DNA of 59,464 bases, taken from NCBI GenBank assembly GCA_963817385.1, contig CAWFOM010000018.1, positions 1-59,464 on the forward strand, read 5' to 3'. Position 1 is the first letter of the stretch. Each line of letters opens with the position of its first letter. The stretch is from an uncultured delta proteobacterium. GTDB lineage: Bacteria; Desulfobacterota; Syntrophia; Syntrophales; UBA5619. A program made the translations under genes and the position numbers. Of this stretch, positions 50,758-59,464 are shown in pieces. The notes under the pieces were generated by a model, which worked only from the letters and a program-made list of their open reading frames with translations, had not been told where the DNA came from and did no database searches.

Positions 50758-51550
50758 ATGATCGGAAATGAATCGGATGAGAAGATCGGCCACGTCGCGG
50801 AGATGATCCGGACGGCCGGACACATCGTCGTCTTCACGGGCGCGGGGGTCAGCACGGAATCCGGCATCCCCGATTTCCGCAGTCCGGGCGGCTTCTGGAC
50901 GAAGTTCGATCCGGAGGATTTTACCATCGATAAGTTCCTCTCGAGTCCGGAGACCCGCCGGAAGCAGTGGCGCTTCCTCCTCTCCGGCGATCTCCTCAAG
51001 GACGCCAGTCCCAACGCCGCCCATAAGGCGATCGCCGAGCTGGAAGCGACTGGGCCGGCTGGACTGCGTCATCACCCAGAACATCGACAACCTCCACCAG
51101 AAGGCGGGGAACGATCCCGGCAGGGTCTACGAGCTGCACGGCACCATGCATTGGATCCGCTGCCTGGAGTGCAGCGGCCGCTATGCCCTGGAGGAGATCC
51201 TCAAAAAATACCGGACGGCGGATGATCCCCCGGCCTGCGAGCGCTGCGGGGGAATCATGAAACCGGATGTGATCTTCTTCGGCGAAGCCCTTCCTGAGGA
51301 GACCTTGCAGGAGGCGACCCGGCGTGCGAGCCGCTGCGAGCTCCTCATCGTCGTCGGTTCATCGCTCGTCGTCTATCCTGCGGCCACCATGCCGTTCATC
51401 GCGAAGGAGTCGGGGGCGAAACTTGTCATCATCAACCTGACCCCCACACCGGCGGACTCTATCGCGGACGTTGTCATCAACGCCTCCGCCGGTGATGCAC
51501 TGACGCGGATCCTGGCTGAGGTAAAACGGAGGCCGCCCGGATGTGCCTGA
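50758..51550 (+). CDS. cobB: Sir2-family NAD-dependent deacylase, one extra base near 51047
   Basis: FTGAGVSTESGIPDFR in one frame; ITQNIDNLHQKAG, ELHG, two CxxC, GSSLVVYPAA in the next. Confidence 0.88.
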
Positions 51551-52320
51551 TCCTGTTTGCCTGGAAGATGCATGATAACTACCCGCTCATTCTCGCGGCA
51601 AACCGGGACGAGTTCTATGAGCGGCCCTCGGCGCCGGCAGCCTTCTGGGCTGATGCCCCGGATCTCCTGGCCGGGCGGGATCTGAAGGCGGGAGGAACCT
51701 GGCTCGGGATCACGCGGAGCGGGAGGCTGGCGGCGATCACCAACTACCGCGACCCGGCATCGCTGAAAACTGAGGCCCCGTCCCGGGGGCATCTGGTCAG
51801 CGATTACCTCCGCAGCCGGGAGAGCCCGGAAGAGTATCTGCAACGGCTCGCCCCCCGTGCCGGCCGATACAACGGTTTCAGCCTGCTCGTGGGGGATCGT
51901 TCGGAGCTTTTATTCTATTCGAACCGAGGCGAAGCGATCCGCCCGGCGCCGGGGATTCACGGCATGAGCAACCATCTGCTCGATACCCCCTGGCCGAAGG
52001 TGAACCGGGGGAAGCAGGCGCTGGAGCAGCTTCTCGCGGGAGATCATAACCCGTCGCCGGAGGCGCTCCTCGATCTTCTTGCCTCCCGATCGCGGCCGCC
52101 GGACGACCGGCTCCCCGATACGGGGGTGGGGCTGGAGTGGGAGCGGGTCCTCTCGCCGCTTTTCATCGAGAGTCCGGCCTACGGGACCCGCTGCTCGACG
52201 GTTCTCCTCATCGATCGGCGGGGGATGGTGACGTTTGTCGAGAGGGTATTCAACGGCGGAAGCGAACCCCGGGTGACCTCCCGCTTCGACTTCCGCATTG
52301 CCGAAGGCGGGCGGGAATAA
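51541..52320 (+). CDS. NRDE/TANGO2-family protein
   Basis: MCL start, AANRDEF, GGTWLG, SRG, YGTR. Confidence 0.93.
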   Translation: MCLILFAWKMHDNYPLILAANRDEFYERPSAPAAFWADAPDLLAGRDLKAGGTWLGITRSGRLAAITNYRDPASLKTEAPSRGHLVSDYLRSRESPEEYLQRLAPRAGRYNGFSLLVGDRSELLFYSNRGEAIRPAPGIHGMSNHLLDTPWPKVNRGKQALEQLLAGDHNPSPEALLDLLASRSRPPDDRLPDTGVGLEWERVLSPLFIESPAYGTRCSTVLLIDRRGMVTFVERVFNGGSEPRVTSRFDFRIAEGGRE

Positions 52321-52330
52321 GGAGACGTGC

Positions 52331-52807
52331 ATGGCGAAGCGTGAATATCCGGATTACCCGCGGGTCGGGGTGGGGGCGGTGGTCCTTCGGGAGGGACGGG
52401 TTCTCCTCGTCCGGCGGGGCGTCCCGCCCAGTCAGGGGTTGTGGGCCATCCCGGGCGGCGGCCTCGAACTGGGAGAGACCCTGCGGGAGGGGGCGGAGCG
52501 GGAGATCCTCGAGGAGACGGGGATTACGATCCGCGCCGGAGAGCAGGTGTTCACCGGCGAGATGATGGAACGGGCCGCGGACGGCCGCATCCGGTTCCAT
52601 TACGTCATCATCGATTTCGCGGGGGATTACGTGAGCGGCGAGGTGAACGGCTCCGATGACGCGAGCGAAGCCCGCTGGGTCGCCCCCGCGGAGCTGGCGG
52701 ATCTGCCCGCCACGAAAACCACCCTGAAGCTGCTCAGGCAGCTCGGGTTTCTCCCCCCGGCCGGGGAGACGGCGAGCGGGGACGCCCGGAAAGAGGCAAA
52801 GGGATGA
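52331..52807 (+). CDS. NUDIX hydrolase
   Basis: Nudix box GGLELGETLREGAEREILEETG. Confidence 0.92.
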   Translation: MAKREYPDYPRVGVGAVVLREGRVLLVRRGVPPSQGLWAIPGGGLELGETLREGAEREILEETGITIRAGEQVFTGEMMERAADGRIRFHYVIIDFAGDYVSGEVNGSDDASEARWVAPAELADLPATKTTLKLLRQLGFLPPAGETASGDARKEAKG

Positions 52808-53088
52808 AGATCTGCCACGCCTGCGGGAAGGAGGTTGTCCCGCCCGATCCCGTCGGGAGAAAGGCTGCCTGTCCGCACTGCCGGGCGGAGTTGCGCTGCT
52901 GCCTGAATTGCGTACACCATGAACCCGCCGCGTACAACCAGTGCCGGGAATCACAGGCGGACCGGGTCCTGGAGAAGGACCGGGCGAACTTCTGTGAATA
53001 TTTCCGCTACCGGGAGGGCGGGACGCGGAGCGCGGCTAAACCCGCGGCATCGGCGCGGGATGCATTGGACTCTTTGTTCAGGAAGTAA
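52804..53088 (+). CDS. Small Cys-rich hypothetical protein
   Basis: CHAC, CPHC, CLNC, C.E, NFCEYF; overlaps NUDIX stop. Confidence 0.75.
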   Translation: MKICHACGKEVVPPDPVGRKAACPHCRAELRCCLNCVHHEPAAYNQCRESQADRVLEKDRANFCEYFRYREGGTRSAAKPAASARDALDSLFRK

Positions 53089-53283
53089 TGAATATAGAGT
53101 TCGTCAATTTTTTTGTAGTCAGCAACTTGGGTGACAGGGTTTGTGTAGTAGAGTTCAACCAGTACTGTATAGGGTTGATCGAAGAAAAAATGAAATGCAC
53201 CGGACCTTGACGTCACCTACGAGTCAAGCACACGGAGTGTAACGATATGCTGCGCATTACGGTTTGAACGTCGATCCATTACT

Positions 53284-54919
53284 CTACGTCGGGCCAGCTA
53301 TAGAGTTTGGCATCCTCAAGTACGCCTGATAATTTGTCGATGACTTCAACATATAGCTTCGCCCTTCAATCACAAAGCCGTCCAAATTGTGCTCTATCGT
53401 ATAGGCCGAGAGATCGGCTATGTTGTTTATGAATCCCCTTCCTTTGAAATTCAGGGAGGTATTACACAAGACACCGTAACCGGTACGTGCCTTGAATGCC
53501 ATAAGCAGCTCATACAAATGGCTGTTAGTCACAGAGGACACCGTTTGAATGCGCGCCGTCCCATTGACATGTGTCACCGCAGCTAGCGCATCCGTTCTAG
53601 AAACGAGCTGCGTGTAAAGCATAAATGGACTCGGGTGATCGCAGCCAAACCATCTTGCAGCATCTTCTTCGAGGCAGACAGGCGCAATCGGACGAAATTG
53701 TTCGCGCTGCTTAATCTCATTTAGCCGCACCCTAGTGCTATCCTGGAATGGTGAAGCAAGAATCGAACGATTTCCCAACGCGCGCGGTCCGATTTCGTAT
53801 TTTCCATTTACCCATCCGATGATCAGGTCGTTAGCCAGCATGTCGGCAATCATTTCGTAGTTCGTTTCGTAGACATCAATACTGATGCCAAATCGAAAGA
53901 GTCAGTCGCTGATGAAACTCAAGACCAGAGTAGACATTCCAATCGATCTTAGGGTTCCCTGTAAAATGGAACTGGGCGTCAATCGCCGTGCCGATAGCCG
54001 AGCCCGAATCGTTGGCAACAGGTGGCACGAATACCTCGGAAAAGAGATTGGTCTCCTTCCACTTCGTGTTCCAGTCGCAATTCAGGCCGCATCCACCAGC
54101 GATCAGCAACGGCATTCCTTTCTTCATGTTCGACTTCGGCAAATTGATAAAAGACGATCGAAGATTCTGTTGCTGAAAATACCTGCGAAGTTGCGAAATT
54201 CCGGATCATCCAGCCCCACGTTGTAGTGTCGGCAATGCCTCAACACCTCACACTCCTTCGGCTTTAGGTGCAGGCAATCCTGCATGAGAAACGCGATCTA
54301 TTTTCTCCTCTTCATCCGAAGGCTTGCTTCGCTTCGAAAATGAAGCCAAAGCCATGAGCTTTCCCGCGTCAGAAAATCGCGAGAATTCTGCAACGCTTTT
54401 ATCAAAGGTTGGGTCAGCCAAGCCGTAGAGCAGGGCATAACGATGTCCAGGTTCAGGCATGACATCGGCGAGCTTTGTCAAGTTCAACTCGGAATCGATT
54501 TTGTAGAATGAGCCGATCACTCCTTCCCAAAGTAATGCATAGCACGGGGTGCCCTTGGGCAGATTCGACATGCCAAAGGCACAGAGAAGATGGGAACGTT
54601 CGTGGGAAGATGAGAAGTATTCAACCGTCTTCCCTAATAGGCGTTTTTGACCAACTATAATGTCGCTGTTACTGACGCCATGGTATCCAGCAAGAAAGTG
54701 CTGCTCAGACAGATGCGTGTCGCTAGGCCACCAGCCACCTCTACAAAGCACGTCGGGAACTTCTTTGAGTTCACCGAGAACGCTGAACACATCCGGAACG
54801 GACAGTGGTGAGTGTCGATAACGGGAGTGTTTCTCAGCCTCAATTGAGGCTACTAAATGTCCGTCCTCAAGATAAGCGAATGCGCCATCGTGGCCCGGAT
54901 TGAATGATAGAATTTTCAT
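53284..54919 (-). CDS. NodU/CmcH/TobZ-family O-carbamoyltransferase, split by several single-base insertions
   Basis: GHDGA, HERSH, GKLMALA, AGGCGLN, NDSGSAIG, GPRALGNRSILA, KQREQFRPIAP, HVNGTARIQTV, NTSLN across successive frames. Confidence 0.88.
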
Positions 54920-57103
54920 TGTGCTAGTTGACTCGAGTTAAAACTACCCAGCCTAACTTGACCGGCGTAGATCATCAGACCCGGGCGAGGAAATAACGGA
55001 ATTCGCCTCCATAGCGATCGATCCTACTATTGTGGTTGCTGGGAGCCGTCGGTTGTTGATTCGCCCGGCAAGTTTGGTAGAACGAGATAGCCAACTGTTG
55101 ACATGGAGCGTCATTGGAAGGTGCGGGATTGGTGTCGGATCCCAGATCGCGCGCCTATGGACCAGATTATCGTCAACTAACCAGCGGATCTCGCACGGGC
55201 TCCATTCAATTGCGAAGCGGTGGCTTGCTTTGGATGCGTCAAACCCGAGTTCAATATAGCTTGGAGCACCTCTATAGCCATAGTCAAAGTTTGCTCCTTC
55301 GCCACCTGGGTTGTAGAAGACATTGACCAAGAGGCGGTCTGGTCGATTCCCCGCGATCTCGATATCTATTTCCTGTCGTGGTGAGTTACGGTGGAGAAAG
55401 AATCCGGTGACCACTCCGGGCACATTTGATGCTTGGATGGTCGCTTCGAATTTTCCGAACAAGTATTGGTCCCGACTGCATAACGAAGCGGCGGTATAGT
55501 CTCGAACGCCTAGGGGCTCCCTTTTAACGGAAAGCGCAGCCCCGATTCCAGAACTGAACTCGACGTTCGAGGGGCGAAACAACGCCAAATTGTCCGTGAA
55601 AGTGTCGCTTCTTAGAAGCCAGCGTCTCGTGTCGAGACATTCCAAACAGTCGGTGATTCTAACGAACGTTCCAGTGTCCGTCTGCCCATCCTCTGTCGGG
55701 ACAGAGCTAATTCCTTGCCACCACTTACGGGGCTCAACGACCCATGGCGACTTATCACGCCTAGGGCTTTTGCATTTTAGGACTTGGTCCGCTTCAATGG
55801 TTCCGTCGAGAATTGGTCTTTGACCAAGGTCCTTCAGCGCAGGGTAGGAGCAGGTGGGCGGCGCACATCTGAGGTGTTCGCAAACGACTTGCCATCTATT
55901 CGGTTCCTCTGAATGAAGCACAGCGATGTCGGCACCATTGAGGTCGTCCTCAACACTGAGGAAAGTGCCATCTGCAGTGATGCCCTTGGCTGCGGTAAGA
56001 ATAAACTTTGCCTTCGGGTAGCGACTCCGGAGTTCCCTGACGCTTGCGTCCAAAGATCCTATGTTTACATATGCGTCAAAAACCCGATCGCCTCTTCCCT
56101 CAAGAAGCCGTTCTAGTTCAGGAGCTGGTAATGCCTGGAGATCACTGCAGCATCTGTATCCTAGCATGGACAAAGCCATTGCAAGCGATGAATGGCCGGA
56201 GCCTTCAGGCCCAAAAGCAAACACTGGTTGCTCAGTTGGGCGGATGTTAAATAGGGATGCTCCTTCACTAGTGATCGCGCCAATTGTAGTGAGAGTGGGA
56301 AGTATTGAATATGAGTTGGTAGATCTAGCGTCGCGTCGTTGGCTAATAAGAGACCGTTTAGTCGCGCGTACATCCAGCACTTCGAACTGGTGATTTATCC
56401 AGAGGTCAATGGGGCCACGACAAGGAAGTAGGCGAAGGAGTTTCTCGGCACCCTCGCGGGAAAGAACATATCCGGACAGATGCCAGAGCCCGCGCACTGG
56501 GCGGAATACGTTACTTGAAAGAAAGGTTTTTGGCGCACCGTGCTTCACTTCGAGATACGACACATAAAGAACGTCGAATCTGCCCTTCTTATCATATTCG
56601 GCCACGACTTCGTCCCACGCCTGGTCCAGATATCTTGCAAACCCGGAATGAAACCATGCGTCGTCTTCAAGGATAAGTACGTACTCATGATTACTCGCCG
56701 CAACCTGCCTCCAAACATTGATGTGTGATCGAGCGACTGCAATCTCAGCTCGACTCATTCGAATCGGAGTATGTAGTTCGAGACGCGTGGGAAGAACTAA
56801 CGGTTGGGGTTCTACAAAAAGCTGATCTCCAAGCGTATAAAATGGATCAATGTCGGCATCCTTGGGTGGCTCTTGCGAGAATTCATTGGCATCGACGGCG
56901 ACATGCCGCTCAGTAAGGCTCAAGAGTTCAGCTCCCGACGAGTCCAATATGTGTCTGAGCTCTTGCTCCATCTTGGACCAGCGGCCCGGTTCACGATCGA
57001 GGTTGATGACATAGACCTTCTCAATCCCAGGGCCTTTCTCCGCACCTTGGACACCGAATGTATGACACTTGAGGTCGGTCGTCAATAGTGGACACCAAAC
57101 CTT

Positions 57104-57967
57104 TCATGCCGCCAGTCGTTTTTCATAGAACCATCGTTCAAAAGCGGCGGGAGACAGGAACCGGAGTCTGGCCTGTTTCCTTTGCCGGTTATAGAAAATC
57201 TCGATGTACTCTGTAATGTCCTGTATGGCCTCTTGTCTGGTTGCATACCGGCAATGGTGGATCTGTTCATTCTTGAGCACACCCCAGAAGCTTTCCATGG
57301 GGGCGTTGTCGTAGCAATTTCCTTTCCGGCTCATGGACGCCCTCATCCCGAACCGGTCAAGCAACAAGGTATATTCCTGGGCGCAATACTGGCTGCCCCG
57401 ATCCGAGTGGTGAATCAAACCCGCTGCGGGTCGCTTGGCGGCTATGGCCCTCAAGAGGGACTGGCTGACCAGGTTCTTCGTCATGCGCTCTGCCATGGCA
57501 TAACCTACGACTTCTCCGGTAAAAAGATCCTTATGGCCGGCAAGATACAGCCAGCCTTCCCCTGTGGGGATGTAAGTGATGTCGCTCAGCCAGATCTGGT
57601 TCGGCGCGGATGCCTCAAACTTCTGATCCAGCAGATTCTCCGCCACGGGCAGAGAATGCCGCGAGTCCGTCGTGGCCTTGAACTTCCGTTTTTGCCGGCA
57701 ACGCAGGCCGAGCTTCCGGCGAATCCGCTTGATCCGGTGAACACCCACGACAACGCCGTTATCGGACAAATCCCGCTGTAAGCGCTCCGGACCATATGTC
57801 TGACGCGTCCGTTTATGAGCAGCACGTATCTCCAATTCCAGTCTCATCTCCTCCCGCTGCCGGATGGTAAGCGGACGCTTGACCCAGGCATAGTATCCGC
57901 TTGTCGTCACCTCCAACACACGGCATAGCAGCGAAACACAATAGGCCAGTCGCAACTCCTTGATCAC
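57104..57967 (-). CDS. IS3 OrfB, DDE transposase
   Basis: WLSDITYI, HHSDRGSQY, GNCYDNAPMESFW. Confidence 0.95.
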   Translation of the reverse strand: MIKELRLAYCVSLLCRVLEVTTSGYYAWVKRPLTIRQREEMRLELEIRAAHKRTRQTYGPERLQRDLSDNGVVVGVHRIKRIRRKLGLRCRQKRKFKATTDSRHSLPVAENLLDQKFEASAPNQIWLSDITYIPTGEGWLYLAGHKDLFTGEVVGYAMAERMTKNLVSQSLLRAIAAKRPAAGLIHHSDRGSQYCAQEYTLLLDRFGMRASMSRKGNCYDNAPMESFWGVLKNEQIHHCRYATRQEAIQDITEYIEIFYNRQRKQARLRFLSPAAFERWFYEKRLAA

Positions 57968-58284
57968 CGCGTACCTTCCAGCGACTCCTTGGCAAAGTAC
58001 GCGGCCGCTTTTTTTAAGATGTCCCGCTCCATCTTCGCCAGGGACAGCTCTCGCTTCACTTGCGCCAATTCCCTTTCAATCTCCGTCAGGGGACGCTGAC
58101 CCTTGCCAATCTCACCAAGATGCCCCGTCTTGGAAACCCTTATCCAGCTCTCTAATGTTGATTTCGGCAAAGATAAACGCTTTGATATCTCCAGCACCGA
58201 CAAGCCTCCATCCGTCACCATCTTTACCGCTTCCTCTCGAAACTCTTTCGTGTATCGCCCGTTCGGTATCCTTTCCATTTTCAC
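57964..58284 (-). CDS. IS3 OrfA (HTH) with A7G -1 frameshift site
   Basis: YTKEFREEAV, ERDILKKAAAYFA; AAAAAAAG at 58015-58008. Confidence 0.93.
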   Translation of the reverse strand: MKMERIPNGRYTKEFREEAVKMVTDGGLSVLEISKRLSLPKSTLESWIRVSKTGHLGEIGKGQRPLTEIERELAQVKRELSLAKMERDILKKAAAYFAKESLEGTR

Positions 58285-58425
58285 ACCTCCGTCTTGGTTT
58301 CTTACCTAAACATTGGTGTCCATATTTTTCAACCTATCTCAACTTCCGCCTCGGCAGGAGCCGCCGAAGAGTCAGCCAGAATCGGAAAACGTGACTGACA
58401 GCTGCTAGTGGAGGGCGCGCCAAGT

Positions 58426-59304
58426 TCATCGCTTCTCCGCGCGCCGTGAGGCCCGATACGCTTGCTGATTCGAAAGCCTCCAGTTTCTCTTATCACTCCG
58501 GTAGCTGAGTGGCCACTTACTGGTGGAAGTCTTCTCCCAATCGTGCACAACGAGCAGCGCTTCCTCCGCGCAGCTTTCATCAGCGACCACTTCGAATATG
58601 GATCTGGTGAGGTTGCCGGGGCCAGTGGTTGCCTGGACTTCGGGCAACTCGCCTTTTGATTCTTGCTCAAGGGCTGTCGTAGCGTTCAGCAGTGCACGCT
58701 CTATAATAGGATGATTGCGAACCGCGATCAAAGGGGTGGTGTTGAAATAGAAAATCCAGCTCAATTCGTTTGCCCCCGGATTGACAAAAACTGAGGGCGG
58801 AACCATCTGAGCTGTTGCAATGTCGTAGCAGAACGGTTGAAGCTTCAACCGCCCATCTGTGAAGAGGTGATCGATTGTCGTTCCATGATAGACGTCGTCA
58901 GCGTCAATATAGAAGCCCCCCTCTACGAAGATGTAGGAGTAACGGAAGTAGTCTGACTTCATTGAAGGGTGATAGCACTTGTCAAATGCGCTCTCATATC
59001 GCGAGCCCAAGTGGATCCGGATAAATTCCCTCGCAGAGCTCTCGTCGAAAACCTGAAGCTCGAATCCGAATTGCTCGAGTTTCTTCCAGGACTCCATGCA
59101 CTCCCTAACGTCCCGGGGCAATCGGCCAAGATCATCCCAGAACTGCACTATGCGTCTTGGAGGTGTGGCTAGGTGCGCTGCGGGCGCCCGGACTGGTTCA
59201 TTGGAGCGTTGTACCAACTCCCGGACGAAATTGGAGCGAGCACGGTCGTCCTTTCCTAGGGGATCCGCTTCACTGGATTCGTGCACATTCATGTGGTCGT
59301 TCAT
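58426..59304 (-). CDS. DXD-motif glycosyltransferase (GT32/Gly_transf_sug-like)
   Basis: PRRIVQFW, KSDYFRY, GGFYIDADD, TTGPG; GGAGG RBS before ATG 59304. Confidence 0.85.
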   Translation of the reverse strand: MNDHMNVHESSEADPLGKDDRARSNFVRELVQRSNEPVRAPAAHLATPPRRIVQFWDDLGRLPRDVRECMESWKKLEQFGFELQVFDESSAREFIRIHLGSRYESAFDKCYHPSMKSDYFRYSYIFVEGGFYIDADDVYHGTTIDHLFTDGRLKLQPFCYDIATAQMVPPSVFVNPGANELSWIFYFNTTPLIAVRNHPIIERALLNATTALEQESKGELPEVQATTGPGNLTRSIFEVVADESCAEEALLVVHDWEKTSTSKWPLSYRSDKRNWRLSNQQAYRASRRAEKR

Positions 59305-59323
59305 TGTATGGGTGGCCTCCACA

Positions 59324-59383
59324 GGCGAACGCTGCTAATCAGCCGCGGTGCTTTTTGCGTCGGCTGAATTAGCCTTGTTGGGC
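59324..59383 (-). mobile_element. Integron attC recombination site (60 bp)
   Basis: Minus strand GCCCAAC-aagGCTAAtTCAGCCGacgc...gCGGCTGATTAGCagc-GTTCGCC: RYYYAAC and GTT ends, paired arms with an extra-helical base. Confidence 0.85.
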
Positions 59384-59395
59384 AATTTTGTAATT

Positions 59396-59464
59396 TTATG
59401 GAGATCCCTCTCTGCTCGCTCTCATGATTTTATGAACGCCTCCAGCCCATTCCCCATTCAGGGC
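59396..59464 (-). CDS. Probable 3' end of an upstream cassette gene (partial)
   Basis: Open frame ALNGEWAGGVHKIMRASREGSP-stop ends 12 bp before the attC. Confidence 0.4.
   Translation of the reverse strand, partial: ALNGEWAGGVHKIMRASREGSP

Larger units (their letters stand above)
57070..58341 (-). mobile_element. IS3-family insertion sequence, 1272 bp
   Basis: TG...CA ends, 29-bp imperfect IRs (21/29 match), 3-bp target duplication ACT (57067-69 and 58342-44). Confidence 0.95.
54953..58429 (-). pseudogene. GT25 / P-loop sulfotransferase-like / GH16 fusion gene interrupted by IS3 at codon 30
   Basis: VYVINLDR, LILEDD, GYVLSREGAEKLL; GPEGSGHSSLAMALSMLGY; EIDIE; ATG 58429 joins 57066 in frame once the IS is removed. 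Confidence 0.85.

Noticed and set aside
54951..54957. GTTAGGC (attC R'-like) at the stop of the fusion gene
   Set aside because: No matching RYYYAAC box or palindromic arms upstream; likely chance.
1..59464. CRISPR array, tRNA, rRNA or selenoprotein read-through
   Set aside because: No repeat-spacer periodicity, cloverleaf or convincing in-frame TGA continuation found by eye.

Overview
GC-rich chromosomal window from an anaerobic bacterium; gene content suggests Desulfobacterota, probably Syntrophales-like (inference). Left to right: end of a Wood-Ljungdahl operon (cooS/acsA, acsB, acsC, acsE, DUF3786). Next, a more AT-rich block where an uncharacterised two-gene Fe-S module occurs twice around a TctBAC transporter. 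Then malic enzyme, Usp, a PEP-CTERM locus, a tungsten cluster (two moeA, PBP regulator, tupABC), acyl-CoA dehydrogenase with a GpsA-like gene, trpB2, menA, rarA, two sigma54 activators, corA, a CdaA-YbbR fusion, and sirtuin/NRDE/NUDIX genes. The last ~6.3 kb is a foreign-looking island behind a 60-bp integron attC site. It holds a three-gene operon: a DXD glycosyltransferase, a GT25/P-loop/GH16 fusion cleanly interrupted by an IS3 element, and a NodU/TobZ-type carbamoyltransferase. Best novelty candidates: this putative multi-gene integron cassette, the duplicated Fe-S/TTT module, a ~88-nt sigma54-dependent sRNA opposite a two-component system, and a Trp leader-peptide attenuator before trpB2. 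Frameshifts in tctB, the sirtuin and the carbamoyltransferase are all extra-base insertions and may be sequencing errors. All family calls come from motif recognition, not database searches.
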